This document shows positions 42,414 through 53,842 of a stretch of DNA of 57,807 bases, in pieces. The notes under the pieces are model-generated. The model made no database searches. It saw nothing but the letters and a program-made list of their open reading frames with translations, and was not told the origin of the DNA. The stretch comes from an uncultured Gammaproteobacteria bacterium (lineage in GTDB: Bacteria > Patescibacteriota > Microgenomatia > Daviesbacterales > UBA10151). Made by a program: the position numbers and the translations under genes. The stretch lies in NCBI GenBank assembly GCA_964422835.1, contig CAYRCR010000004.1, positions 1-57,807 of the forward strand, given 5' to 3'. The number at the start of each line of letters is the position of its first letter. Position 1 is the stretch's first letter.

Positions 42414-42977
42414 ATGGCAGACCAAGAAAAACAATTATTAGCAATAGATCCTACAACTGTATGCCCTGGAAAAGTGATGGGGCGTGATAACTACGCCATC
42501 GAAGATCTTCCGGTAGCTAAAGATCGACAAGGGCGGTGGTATTTCTGCCGGGGTTTGGTCACTGAAAGGTTGAATCCTTATAATAAATCAACAGGACAAT
42601 TGGAATGGGTTCAACCAGGCACTAATTTACTGGACAGAGCTAAAGCAGCATATGACAAGATGTATCAAGACCCAAGAGGCCGGGTTGTGCTGGGGTTAGC
42701 GGCAGAAGTAGTTGGGTTGGGTATGACGGGGGATTTGAGATACCCGCCGGATAATCTAGGAATATGGGTGTTAATTGGAGAAGAAGATGGTTTGGAAAGT
42801 GCGGCAGCAAGGGTTGAGTCTGATGGGGGAGCAGATTTTATGTATATGGATATTAAAAAGATTAGGGCAGGAGAAGAACAAGGGTCAAAAGATGTAGCGG
42901 CTAGTTATGAAGCTTCTGCGCGAGGGCCGTGGGGATGTCAAGTAAGAGGATGTGAACCAGAACACAGAAGATGGTAA
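42414..42977 (+). CDS. groESL-embedded cassette ORF c7 (187 aa), unknown function
   Basis: It is preceded by 'TTTTTTAAAAGGATAAAATATGGCAGA', almost the same as the groEL leader. Confidence 0.6.
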   Translation: MADQEKQLLAIDPTTVCPGKVMGRDNYAIEDLPVAKDRQGRWYFCRGLVTERLNPYNKSTGQLEWVQPGTNLLDRAKAAYDKMYQDPRGRVVLGLAAEVVGLGMTGDLRYPPDNLGIWVLIGEEDGLESAAARVESDGGADFMYMDIKKIRAGEEQGSKDVAASYEASARGPWGCQVRGCEPEHRRW

Positions 42978-42994
42978 GTTTTTTAAAGGGATAA

Positions 42995-44617
<1,623 letters not shown>

Positions 44618-44625
44618 ATAGATGT

Positions 44626-44704
44626 CTTGAAGTGAGAAATGTGAAGTGAGAACTTGAAATCTTGAATTCAAGAATTCTTGACATCAAAAATCCGATATCA
44701 AAAG
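44626..44704. repeat. MITE-like palindromic repeat, copy B (left arm plus core; right arm degenerate), just after groEL
   Basis: 'CTTGAAGTGAGAAATGTGAAGTGAGAACTTGAAATCTTGAATTCAAGAATTCTTGACATCAAAAATCCGATATCAAAAG' is nearly identical to copy A over about 75 bp. Confidence 0.8.
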
Positions 44705-44822
44705 ATTAGCAGAGATTCCCGCTACTGAGTGTAAAGAAGGGGTGGGGGTATCTATAAATCCTTTTTACTGAGCTAAATGTTCATGATCCTAGCTGGAACA
44801 CACATCACTTTGTGACTTAAAG

Positions 44823-45413
44823 CTAACAATTACCTTTTGTTTCCAATACTGGGAATCCCTTAAAATCACGTAAATACCTTAACAGAGCCGACTGGTCATC
44901 AATAAGGTTAGCTGGTAACTCATAACTTTTACCCTCTTTTAAGAAAAGATAAGGGTAGTAATGACACGAATACTTACCCTTAGATAATTGAATACCTATT
45001 CCCTTTATATCTTCCCAAAGCACTTGATGTATAGCTTTTGAGCTTACTGCATTAAGTGTAAAATCCCCAACCTCTAAATATTTAGGTGTGACTTTTATGT
45101 ATGAGCGAAAAGAAGCTAAAATAAAGATAATATAAACAGCAGTTAAGATCGCTAAAATTACTAACGCAGTCTGGGAAACTGGTCTTTTAGTGAACTTACT
45201 GATTAAAACTTCTTTTAAAGCTAAAAATCCGAAAAGAGCATAGAAAAAGTTAATTATCCAAAATCCTGCTTTTGAACCCCACACTATACAACTATCTACG
45301 TTCCCGCAATAATAACTCTCTTGGAGCTTACCAAGTAACAAACTTCCACTGACTGTTAAAATAACAATCAGAATCAACAATTGCCACTCTTCTTTAAGTA
45401 ATCTTTCTAACAT
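44823..45413 (-). CDS. Hypothetical membrane protein (196 aa)
   Basis: Three or four TM helices followed by a soluble C-terminal domain. No motif. Confidence 0.5.
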   Translation of the reverse strand: MLERLLKEEWQLLILIVILTVSGSLLLGKLQESYYCGNVDSCIVWGSKAGFWIINFFYALFGFLALKEVLISKFTKRPVSQTALVILAILTAVYIIFILASFRSYIKVTPKYLEVGDFTLNAVSSKAIHQVLWEDIKGIGIQLSKGKYSCHYYPYLFLKEGKSYELPANLIDDQSALLRYLRDFKGFPVLETKGNC

Positions 45414-45422
45414 AGTCCTTAA

Positions 45423-46529
45423 TTATGTATTAGAAAACAACGCACTAAACAGAAGCGATGCTACAGCCAAAACAACAACTCCCAACATAACATAAAGGAA
45501 AGAAAATAAAACCTTTTTTGAAGTCTTATAGGTAGGATTGTTCCAAGTTTTATTAAGCCCGAAAATAATCACAAAACCACAAAGTAATCCCGCTATACCT
45601 CCTAATATCTGACCAACAATTATCACAACTAAATAACTTAAACTCCACAGATAAGGGTGTTTGGATTTTACTTCAATATCTTTTGCTTCGATACTCTCCC
45701 CTTTTTGACTTTTAGTTACAATTTTATTTATTACATTAAAAACTGAGGTCGTTGTTGGTAGACTATAGGGGACAGCTTCATTTTCGGGAGCCCAAGCCAT
45801 TTTAAGCACTTTTCCACTTCGTAAATTAACATCAAATGTGGTAGGAAAACCAAATCCCTTCCAAAACTGGACATCTTTTATTGAAGATAAAGGAATAATA
45901 GTTAAGGGGCTTGTACTGATAATAAGTTCTTTACCTGTAGCCACAACTTTATAACGTTGCGGTGTAGTAAGTGAAGCGTACCAAGGAGGATTGAGTAAAA
46001 TAGTATTTTCGTATAAACGCTCTTTATTCCCTATATAAGTATTTAAATCTTCTTCTTGCTTTAGTTTTAATGACTTATTTTTTATCCGTACAGATAATAT
46101 TGCACTATAATTCTGAAGACCAAGAATAATTAATAGCCCAAAAAGCATAGCAAGAAAGTAAATACCACCACTTGCGTTATTAGAGGGCATAATTAAACCC
46201 ATTTGTGGTTGTATCTTTTCTATAAAATCACGCTGCTTAACATAAAACACAACCCATCCCACCAAGGCGGTAAGCCATACAAAAGCAACTTTAGAATACT
46301 GATCTGGCGTTTTCCCTCTTCCATAAATTAACGCCCAAGTTATTCCTGTTAAAAACAAAAAAGATATGAAATAGAAGTAATAAAAGCTCCAATTCAAGGA
46401 GCCATAATTCAAAGCTAAGGTAAAATAGCTGATATTTTGCCCATCTGTAGTTGTTATTCCAGACGGCAAAAACAAAAGGGTTGCTAAAATAAAAATCAGA
46501 CCAAATGAAATATAGTCGTATACTTTCAT
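45423..46529 (-). CDS. Hypothetical polytopic membrane protein (368 aa)
   Basis: Multiple TM helices flank a central soluble segment. No motif. Same strand as 44823..45413, with a 9-nt gap. Confidence 0.5.
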   Translation of the reverse strand: MKVYDYISFGLIFILATLLFLPSGITTTDGQNISYFTLALNYGSLNWSFYYFYFISFLFLTGITWALIYGRGKTPDQYSKVAFVWLTALVGWVVFYVKQRDFIEKIQPQMGLIMPSNNASGGIYFLAMLFGLLIILGLQNYSAILSVRIKNKSLKLKQEEDLNTYIGNKERLYENTILLNPPWYASLTTPQRYKVVATGKELIISTSPLTIIPLSSIKDVQFWKGFGFPTTFDVNLRSGKVLKMAWAPENEAVPYSLPTTTSVFNVINKIVTKSQKGESIEAKDIEVKSKHPYLWSLSYLVVIIVGQILGGIAGLLCGFVIIFGLNKTWNNPTYKTSKKVLFSFLYVMLGVVVLAVASLLFSALFSNT

Positions 46530-46560
46530 TTCTTCCTTATTTTTAGTATAGCACTTCTCT

Positions 46561-46588
46561 TACAGATTACAGATTACAGATTACAGAG
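46561..46588. repeat. Heptamer tandem repeat (TACAGAT x3 plus TACAGAG) upstream of the 45423..46529 gene
   Basis: It reads 'TACAGATTACAGATTACAGATTACAGAG' directly and lies about 30 nt upstream of the minus-strand start codon. Confidence 0.85.
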
Positions 46589-46722
46589 TACTACTATCTG
46601 GTAAAATAGAGACATCCTCAGAAAGGAAGATGTAATGAACTCGTGATAATTGATCCTGTGAATGACTTAAACAATAAGATTAGAGGTATTGAATTGCAAC
46701 AACTATTTACAAAGCTAGAAAA

Positions 46723-46754
46723 GATCAAAAATATCCCACATCCCACTTCAAAAG
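46723..46754. repeat. MITE-like repeat, copy D (right arm only)
   Basis: 'GATCAAAAATATCCCACATCCCACTTCAAAAG' matches the right arm of copy A and is the reverse complement of the left-arm TIR. Confidence 0.6.
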
Positions 46755-46778
46755 TTCCAATATAGTATTATATAGGTA

Positions 46779-47375
46779 ATGGCCAAGTTGCATTACAAAG
46801 AATCCCCGACAGAGAATGAAAAAAAGGCTTTTGCCCCGGTTTTGGCAGAGGATGAGGAGTTGATACTGGCTACCGGTTTGGGTCGTGCCTATCTCCGTTC
46901 CAAATTCATAGTCGGGATCATGTGGCCGGGGGGTATTTTTATAGTATTGGCTTTAGCTCTGTTCTATTTTGCCGGGTTTAATTTGAGTTTGGGTATCTTG
47001 GCAGGTTTAGCGCTGGGAGCGGTATTTTCCATGCTTCACACCATGCATGTCTACCATGCCAACCGCTACCTTTTGACCACCCGGCGGGTAATTATTAAGC
47101 AGGGTATTTTTGCCGTCAAATTGACCTCGGCCCTGTTTGATAAAATTACCCACATCGAGGTTGAACAGTCTTTCCTTGATAAATTAGTTATGAAACACGG
47201 CACAATCATTGTTAATACTGCCGGCATGAATAAAGCTGAAATTGCCTTAAAGTATGTAGATTACCCGATTGAGCTTAAAAACCTTCTTGAAAGGTTAATC
47301 AACAGGGAGAGGGAGCAATACGGCCGGGGGGTAGGGCCAATTACCACACTGGAAGGAGAAGTATTGGAGGATTAA
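46779..47375 (+). CDS. Membrane protein with a bacterial PH domain (bPH_2/YdbS-like)
   Basis: Two TM helices are followed by 'RYLLTTRRVIIKQGIFAVKLTSALFDKITHIEVEQSFLDKLVMKHGTIIVNTAG'. Confidence 0.7.
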   Translation: MAKLHYKESPTENEKKAFAPVLAEDEELILATGLGRAYLRSKFIVGIMWPGGIFIVLALALFYFAGFNLSLGILAGLALGAVFSMLHTMHVYHANRYLLTTRRVIIKQGIFAVKLTSALFDKITHIEVEQSFLDKLVMKHGTIIVNTAGMNKAEIALKYVDYPIELKNLLERLINREREQYGRGVGPITTLEGEVLED

Positions 47376-48088
47376 TTAGCTGAACCCTGCGGCGCATTTT
47401 TTCCTGAAGCAAACTTTGACCAATTTGGTATTTCCGGTAAGATAGTTTTCGGGTCAACGTACTTATCATTTTTGGTAATTTCAAGGTGTGTATGGGGGCC
47501 GGAAGTCCTCCCGGTCATGCCAACTTCTCCCAGGGTCGAGAAAGCCGAAACTGTGTCCCCGGCTTTGACGAAAATCCGGCCCATATGGCCATAAGTTGAC
47601 CTGAAACTTTGTTCGTGTTCAATCACCACAAAATGTCCCAGTCCCCAAAAACCATAGGAGGTTTCTATCACTTTACCCGGGGCAATTGGCTTAATTGGCA
47701 TGCCTAAGCCTGCGGCAATATCAACACCCGGATGCCAACTGGAATAAGAGGTTGTAAGATACCCGGGGTGGGGCAGGGCAAATGGAAATTCCAGTTTGGT
47801 GGTTTGGATATCCTGTGTTTGGGAAAATTGTTCGGCCCGGGCCAGGTTTTGCTTTATAGGCGGGATGGCCAGTGTTGGCTGATAACCCAAAAGGTAAAGG
47901 GCCAAAAAGCTCCCCAAAAGCGCTTTGGAAAATTTAAAACGGAAGATTATCGGTAGCTTTTTTAAACCCCTAAACTTAAAGCTTTTTTTCAAAAGCAGGC
48001 AAGTTAGGGCGACCCTTTTGCCTGATTTTTTAGGCAGAAGTTTTTGAATCTGCCGGATCACAAATGCAAAGTATACCAGCTCTCGCAC
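47372..48088 (-). CDS. M23-family metallopeptidase
   Basis: 'WHPGVDIAA' (HxxxD), 'GHFVVIEH' and 'TGRTSGPHTHLEI' (HxH) are present. The start is uncertain. Confidence 0.8.
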   Translation of the reverse strand: MRELVYFAFVIRQIQKLLPKKSGKRVALTCLLLKKSFKFRGLKKLPIIFRFKFSKALLGSFLALYLLGYQPTLAIPPIKQNLARAEQFSQTQDIQTTKLEFPFALPHPGYLTTSYSSWHPGVDIAAGLGMPIKPIAPGKVIETSYGFWGLGHFVVIEHEQSFRSTYGHMGRIFVKAGDTVSAFSTLGEVGMTGRTSGPHTHLEITKNDKYVDPKTILPEIPNWSKFASGKNAPQGSAN

Positions 48089-48132
48089 CTAAAATCAAAT
48101 CAAAAAGGTTTGGTATATAATAAATAAACGGT

Positions 48133-48909
48133 ATGAAAACACTTTTAAAAATAGCGGTGCTGGTAAGTATTATTACTTTAGGATTACAGTTCGGGCTTAA
48201 CCCTATACTTGATGCCCTGGGGTTTGGGGAGAGGGCAGGACTGCGAATAACTGCCAGTGCGCCCGGTAAGATAGAACTTGACGGTAAAGAGGTGGGGGAT
48301 ACACCATACCAGAATGAAAATTTAAGGCCGGGGGAGCATCAAATTAAACTTTCAGCAAAAGATGGGATTTGGCAGGGAGTGGTGGACATCGCTCCCGGTA
48401 CTGTAGCTCTTGTTAACCGGGATTTGAGGGAAGGGACAGGAGAGGTTGTGACTTTAAAGAAAGGAGCGGGGGCTTACATTACTGCCAATTCAAAAGATGC
48501 GGAGGTAACAATTGACGGTGTTTTTGCCGGCAAAACACCTCTTTCTCTCCCCTCGCTTGAAAGCGGGGAACATGTATTTTTCCTCTCTGCCGACGGTTTT
48601 ATCTCAAGGAGTATTAAGGCTACTTCGCCTCCCGGGATGAGGCTTTCTATCAATGCTGATTTGGCACTTTCCTCAACCTTTATTTTAAGTTCGCCTACCC
48701 CAATCCCGGAGCCTTTACTTACAGTCCTTTCCACTCCAACAGGGTTTTTGAGGGTGCGGGATAAAGCCTCACTTTCGGCTAAAGAAGTTGCCAGGGTCAG
48801 TTCCGGAGATACATTGACTTTGGTGGAAGAACTGCCGGGTTGGGTAAAAATAAAAACAAAAGACGGAATAGAAGGCTATGTCTCCTCACAATATATTAAG
48901 AAACAATAA
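48133..48909 (+). CDS. Secreted or anchored protein with PEGA domains and a C-terminal SH3b domain
   Basis: The PEGA-like segments are 'IELDGKEVGDTPYQNENLRPGEHQIKL' and 'VTIDGVFAGKTPLSLPSLESGEHVFFL'. The SH3b-like segment is 'LRVRDKASLSAKEVARVSSGDTLTLVEELPGWVKIKTKDGIEGYVSSQYI'. Confidence 0.7.
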   Translation: MKTLLKIAVLVSIITLGLQFGLNPILDALGFGERAGLRITASAPGKIELDGKEVGDTPYQNENLRPGEHQIKLSAKDGIWQGVVDIAPGTVALVNRDLREGTGEVVTLKKGAGAYITANSKDAEVTIDGVFAGKTPLSLPSLESGEHVFFLSADGFISRSIKATSPPGMRLSINADLALSSTFILSSPTPIPEPLLTVLSTPTGFLRVRDKASLSAKEVARVSSGDTLTLVEELPGWVKIKTKDGIEGYVSSQYIKKQ

Positions 48910-48910
48910 T

Positions 48911-49846
48911 TTATCCGCCCAGGTAATAGATAATAACTAAAACCGCTACCAGCCAAAGCAGTACCGCGGAAAGTAACGGCCGGTCTGTTAAGAGGACCCG
49001 TTCCGGGCTTTCCCCCTCTCTTTTTTCATAAATAATATAGAGGTATCTCATCACTCCGTAAATGACGAGTGGCACTGTCAGCATCAGGTATTTTGCTTCA
49101 ATAAGCGGCAGGGAAGTGGTATTAAAAAGGCCGGCAAAAAATGGTTTAATGATAATCGGCGGCTGCTGGAAGGCAAAGAGTGCATAGGTCAGCCAAGTGG
49201 AATTGGCAAACATTGAAGTCAGGATATCAAGCAGCGCTTCCGGATAATGGAGTAAGGTCTCGCGGTGCTTGGCCGCAATTTGCTGGCTCATCAGCGTTAG
49301 CTCCGAACGGCGTTTGCCGATTGCCAAAAAGAGGGAAAAGGAGATGACACAAAGCAGGAACCAGACATTGAGATGGGCATTGATTGCCCAAACTCCGGCA
49401 TAAACCCGCAGGACAAACCCGGCGGCAATTACCATAATATCAAGCAAAATTGTTGTTTTAAGGTAGGCAGAATAAAAAAGCTGTAACAGAAGATAGCCTA
49501 AGGCTGCGTAAAAAAGCGACGGGTCAACTCTGTATGAAAGGGGAAGCAGGGTGAGTATTAAAAGTAGAGCAAAACCGACGGCAAATTGAGGTGAAATTAA
49601 CCCCGAGGCGATGGGCCGTTTTCCTTTAAAAGGATGTTGTTTATCCCGTTCAATGTCAAAAACATCGTTGATAAAATAAGTAGCAGTGGAGAGTCCGCAG
49701 AAGATAAGAAAAGCTTTAAAAATCAGCAGTAAGGATAGAGGATTGTCAAGTTGCCCGGAGAAAATAAGGCCTGCGAACAGGGCAAAGTTTTTTATCCATT
49801 GTCTGGGCCGGGATGTCTTAATACACCCCCAAATGAATTTATCCAT
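48911..49846 (-). CDS. UbiA-family prenyltransferase resembling decaprenyl-phosphate phosphoribosyltransferase
   Basis: 'SRPRQWIKNFALFAGLIFSG' and 'NDVFDIERDKQHPFKGKRPIASG' are present. I prefer the start at 49846; the ORF extends to 49882. Confidence 0.7.
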   Translation of the reverse strand: MDKFIWGCIKTSRPRQWIKNFALFAGLIFSGQLDNPLSLLLIFKAFLIFCGLSTATYFINDVFDIERDKQHPFKGKRPIASGLISPQFAVGFALLLILTLLPLSYRVDPSLFYAALGYLLLQLFYSAYLKTTILLDIMVIAAGFVLRVYAGVWAINAHLNVWFLLCVISFSLFLAIGKRRSELTLMSQQIAAKHRETLLHYPEALLDILTSMFANSTWLTYALFAFQQPPIIIKPFFAGLFNTTSLPLIEAKYLMLTVPLVIYGVMRYLYIIYEKREGESPERVLLTDRPLLSAVLLWLVAVLVIIYYLGG

Positions 49847-50841
49847 AAAACAAATATCACAAAACCAACCGCCACTAAACACAATGCAAATATTTTGCTG
49901 TTTGTGTCAAATGTCAGGGCAGCTGCCCCTAACATAGCAGATACTGTCATGTAAAACAAGCTGATTCTTTGATGTGACCATCCTAAATTTAGCAGTTTAT
50001 GGTGCAAGTGTCCCCTGTCTCCCCAAACGGGGGAATGTCCTTCAAAAATTCTTCTAAAAAAAGTGTAGATAAAATCAGCTGTGGGAATGCCTAAAACCAG
50101 TAAAGATATGGCCACTTTAGCTCCGGATAATATTGCCAGTGTCGCCAGCATAAAAGCCAAAATTGTTGAGCCGGAAAACCCGGGCAAAATTTTTGCGGGA
50201 TGCCAGTTAAAAATTAAAAACCCTAAAGATGCACCTGAAGTGGCAAATGCCAATTTGGCAATGTCAATTTGGCTCATATCACCCATCAGATAAAATTTTA
50301 TAGACAAAGCTCCCAATACTCCCGCAGCTACCATGGTAATTCCCGGCATTTGCCCGTCAACACCTTTTGACCAATTGATAATTTGGGTTAAAGCCACAAT
50401 CCAAAGTATGGCCAAAAAATCGGCAATTGGTTTGTCAAACTTTAATATTTCCCCGCTTTGGAGCGGATTGGTGATAAATGAAATGCTGATGCCGCTGGCC
50501 ACTGGTAAAAGGGCGGCCAAAGCAAGCAACCCCAGTCTTAAATACGGGTTGAAAGATTTGAGCTTATCATCGGCAACCCCTATTGCAAGAAGTACAATTA
50601 ATCCTAAAATGATGCCAATGAGGTATTTTTGCATAGGTACAAATAGCATTGCTGTTGCCATGATTCCTAAAAATATTGCTATCCCCCCGGCACGGGGGAT
50701 GATGCGGTTTTGGACATGGGCAGGATGAGGGCGGAGCTTTGGGTTGTCTAAAAGGTTAAAACGTTTGGCAAGCCAGATAGTTGGAGGTATGGCGATGGTT
50801 GTAGTGATAAAGGAGAGAAGGAAACTGAAAATTATATTCAT
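49792..50841 (-). CDS. MraY/WecA-family polyprenyl-phosphate sugar-1-phosphate transferase (GT4 family)
   Basis: The protein has about 10 TM helices. 'LLDNPKLRPHPAHVQNRIIPRAGGIAIFLG', 'VGVADD' and 'WSKGVDGQMPG' are present. Confidence 0.75.
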   Translation of the reverse strand: MNIIFSFLLSFITTTIAIPPTIWLAKRFNLLDNPKLRPHPAHVQNRIIPRAGGIAIFLGIMATAMLFVPMQKYLIGIILGLIVLLAIGVADDKLKSFNPYLRLGLLALAALLPVASGISISFITNPLQSGEILKFDKPIADFLAILWIVALTQIINWSKGVDGQMPGITMVAAGVLGALSIKFYLMGDMSQIDIAKLAFATSGASLGFLIFNWHPAKILPGFSGSTILAFMLATLAILSGAKVAISLLVLGIPTADFIYTFFRRIFEGHSPVWGDRGHLHHKLLNLGWSHQRISLFYMTVSAMLGAAALTFDTNSKIFALCLVAVGFVIFVLWINSFGGVLRHPGPDNG

Positions 50842-50848
50842 AAATTAT

Positions 50849-51205
50849 TTATATGAAAATCAGTAAAATATTAACTGCCGTCACCAGAATAATGACATCA
50901 ATTAAACTCAAACCGATTGTCAAAACCCGCTTCAACACATATTGCAGGTGATGTAGTTGTGAAGCGATCAGTATATTGACGGTGGAAGTAACTAAAATAA
51001 CTGCCGGCAGAAGGAATAGTTGTTCTTTTGCGGCCAATTGCCCTTCGCCCCAAAAAAGGGAATAAAAAAGCGGTACACGGTCCGGCAGGCTGCCCCAAAA
51101 AAATAGCAGGAGGGTTAATATGAAAATTGCCGAAAGAACGGAAAATAAGATTGGGATCTTGAAGAATTTATCAGATTGCCAAAAACGTAGAAGTTGTTTT
51201 TTCAT
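50849..51205 (-). CDS. Small membrane protein (118 aa)
   Basis: Four TM helices. It overlaps the upstream GT2 gene by 4 nt. Confidence 0.5.
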   Translation of the reverse strand: MKKQLLRFWQSDKFFKIPILFSVLSAIFILTLLLFFWGSLPDRVPLFYSLFWGEGQLAAKEQLFLLPAVILVTSTVNILIASQLHHLQYVLKRVLTIGLSLIDVIILVTAVNILLIFI

Positions 51206-52998
51206 GAAAGCCTGGCTTTATTAGTCACTCTAAATTCCATGTATTTGCCGAGCATCAAGGTGGTTTGAGCGTCAATGGCCGGGATGGAAGTAATTGTCAC
51301 AAGGACTATTGGTACGAGAATCCATTGCAGGTAAGACCAGAGTCTTTTAAGAAAGGACCAGTTCCGAGGCCGCGGGGGGACAGTTTTTTCATGAACAAAA
51401 TAAGTTGAGAAAAGGCTCAAAAAAGCTCCCGTTAGAATCCAGGAAGAAAGTACCGGTAAATTGTAAGCTACTGCAGATTGGGAAAAACCTGGATTGATAA
51501 GCGGAATAAATAAACCGGCGAATGTAACAAATAGTGCCAGGGTCCCCCATTTAAAATAGCTCCAGGTGATAAAAAATAATTTATCTGTTTTATCCCAAAA
51601 GTTTAAATCTTTATTTGAAAAATATTGCCTGATGATAAAAGGCATATGTTCTACTCCATAGGCCCAGCGTTTAAGCTGTAAATATTGGTTTTTGAAAGTT
51701 TTCCAAAGGGATATATCAAGGCAGGCATCGGCAGATATGAGCATAAAATGGGGGATAACTTTATAGTCACCCTTATAAAAATAATAAGCTTTCCAAAAAA
51801 AGCCGGAATCATCGTTGATTTTATTGGGAATCCAAAGGCCAATATTAAGCAGGGAGCGCATATTGATAGACAAAGAGGAGAAATTAATATATTTATCGCT
51901 TCCTACCATTTCTGACAATTGCCAGAAGGCGGTTCCTGCCGCCAACACCCGCATTGGAGTTGGAGCTTGCCAGTAGTTATTGTTGTACAAAAATGCTCCG
52001 GTAAAAGAGCGTTTATCCCTGATATTTTTTGGGGTAGATAAATATTTATGCAAAGCTCCGGCCGGAAACTCGTGGTGGATAACAAAATCAGCATCCAAAG
52101 TGGTAACAAATACATTTTCTACATTTATACCTCTTTTTTTAAACTCTGCTGCAGCATTATTAACTATAAAATTGCGGTTGGTAGCAGGGCCGGCCAGTTC
52201 CCCAGGTAGACCATAAGGGTGAACTGTAACAAAGGCCCCGCCGATCTTGCGGGCATTTTCCTGCCAGTATTTTTGGACTGCAGTAATCTTTTCCGGGTCA
52301 TCACGCTCCTCCAACCCCACTCCGATAAAAATTTTGTCTTTCGGATAATCGGCATTGACAATGGCATCAAAGGCAGGCTTCAAGACTTCCAGGCCCTCTT
52401 TATAGGTTGGCAAAACAAAGAAATGAGAATATTTTTCCCATCCGGCAGGAAAGTCCTGTTTTATTTTTTTCAGCCAGTCTTGTTTATTGGCAAAGTCCAT
52501 TTTCCGCCAGCCGATAAAGATCAAAATAGCAATCCGCATGGCCGTAATGAACCAGTAAATATCGGCAATGATAATAAGATAAGCAACGGCATATGGTAGT
52601 GTAAAGGAAAGCCAAATTGGTGAAGTCAGGGCAATCCAGGTTAAACCCCCGGGAAAAATTTCCAGGAGGCGCTCAATTCCTTTGTCGTGTTTGGCAATAA
52701 AGTCTTTTTCTGCTTTTTCGGAAAATATAAAACTTTCAACCAATAAATGATGGAAAATAATTCCCAAACCGGCCCCAAACAGGAGAATTGCTAAAAGCAG
52801 ATTATTGGGGCTGCCCAGGATAATTTGACCCCACAGAAGCGAAGTTATACCTGCTAAGAATAAAACCGGGCCTAAAATACTATGGTGAATATTAAAATTT
52901 AAAGGGTTGGGGTGGATTTTTTTGAAGATTTGGGAGAGCACTTCTGTCACATAAAAGGCAAGGAGCCCTCCCACCAAAAATACTGCAATAAAGCGCAT
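51202..52998 (-). CDS. Membrane-embedded family 2 glycosyltransferase (processive synthase-like)
   Basis: 'VLPTYKEGLEVLKPAFDAIVNADYPKDKIFIGVGLEERDD' and 'TTLDADF' form a GT2 core flanked by multiple TM helices. Confidence 0.7.
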   Translation of the reverse strand: MRFIAVFLVGGLLAFYVTEVLSQIFKKIHPNPLNFNIHHSILGPVLFLAGITSLLWGQIILGSPNNLLLAILLFGAGLGIIFHHLLVESFIFSEKAEKDFIAKHDKGIERLLEIFPGGLTWIALTSPIWLSFTLPYAVAYLIIIADIYWFITAMRIAILIFIGWRKMDFANKQDWLKKIKQDFPAGWEKYSHFFVLPTYKEGLEVLKPAFDAIVNADYPKDKIFIGVGLEERDDPEKITAVQKYWQENARKIGGAFVTVHPYGLPGELAGPATNRNFIVNNAAAEFKKRGINVENVFVTTLDADFVIHHEFPAGALHKYLSTPKNIRDKRSFTGAFLYNNNYWQAPTPMRVLAAGTAFWQLSEMVGSDKYINFSSLSINMRSLLNIGLWIPNKINDDSGFFWKAYYFYKGDYKVIPHFMLISADACLDISLWKTFKNQYLQLKRWAYGVEHMPFIIRQYFSNKDLNFWDKTDKLFFITWSYFKWGTLALFVTFAGLFIPLINPGFSQSAVAYNLPVLSSWILTGAFLSLFSTYFVHEKTVPPRPRNWSFLKRLWSYLQWILVPIVLVTITSIPAIDAQTTLMLGKYMEFRVTNKARLS

Positions 52999-53002
52999 AA
53001 CT

Positions 53003-53842
53003 TTAGATATTATACTCTAAATTAAACAGTTTGCAGGCATTTTCAAGGGTCGCCCTGGCAACTTCCTCCACGGCTGTATTTTTCATTTGGGCAATTACCT
53101 TGGCAACTTCCAAAACATTGGCTGGCTCATTTCTTTGCCCGCGCATGCTTTGTGGGGGGAGGTATGGACAATCAGTTTCAATTAAAATTTTATCCAATGG
53201 TATTTCCTTGATAATTTGCCTCAAGGTCTCATTTTTCGGATAAGTGACAATACAGGTAAACCCTAAATAAAACCCCAGAGCTAAAACTTTTCGGGCTTGC
53301 TCCGAAGTTCCGGTAAAGCTATGAAAAACTCCGCGGGTGCCTTCTAAATGGGGGACGAAGATATCTTGCCAACTATCCCTACTGTGTATAATCATGGGTA
53401 AATTCAACTTTTTGGCCAAATCAATTTGGGCAATAAATAACTTTTTCTGCAAAGCCTTTTGTTCTTCTTCTGAAATAGTAGTGGGGGAGAAATCCACACC
53501 TGCAAAATGGTAGTCCAGCCCGCATTCTCCCGCTGCGACTATTTTTTTAGGATTACTTTGATATATTTCTTCCAACTTGCCTACGTTCTCATGTATGGAT
53601 ACATCAGAAGGCATTTTGGTCACTTCATGTGGATGAAGACCAATAGTTGAATAGAAGATAATTCCTGATTGTGACTGCGGTTCACCCTGAGCTAGCCGAA
53701 GGGCTTTTGTACTGCTATCCAAGTCTGCTCCAATATTTATGACAGTTTCAACTCCGGCCTCCTTGCTCCTTTGTAAAACAGCAGGTAAGTCATCCCTAAA
53801 ATCTTCCCAAGTTAAATGTGCATGGGTATCAATTAAATTCAT
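53003..53842 (-). CDS. tatD: TatD-family metal-dependent hydrolase/DNase
   Basis: 'LIDTHAHL', 'IGLHPHE', 'GECGLDY', 'MIIHSRD' and 'ETDCPYL' are present. A hairpin module lies at 53683..53704. Confidence 0.88.
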   Translation of the reverse strand: MNLIDTHAHLTWEDFRDDLPAVLQRSKEAGVETVINIGADLDSSTKALRLAQGEPQSQSGIIFYSTIGLHPHEVTKMPSDVSIHENVGKLEEIYQSNPKKIVAAGECGLDYHFAGVDFSPTTISEEEQKALQKKLFIAQIDLAKKLNLPMIIHSRDSWQDIFVPHLEGTRGVFHSFTGTSEQARKVLALGFYLGFTCIVTYPKNETLRQIIKEIPLDKILIETDCPYLPPQSMRGQRNEPANVLEVAKVIAQMKNTAVEEVARATLENACKLFNLEYNI

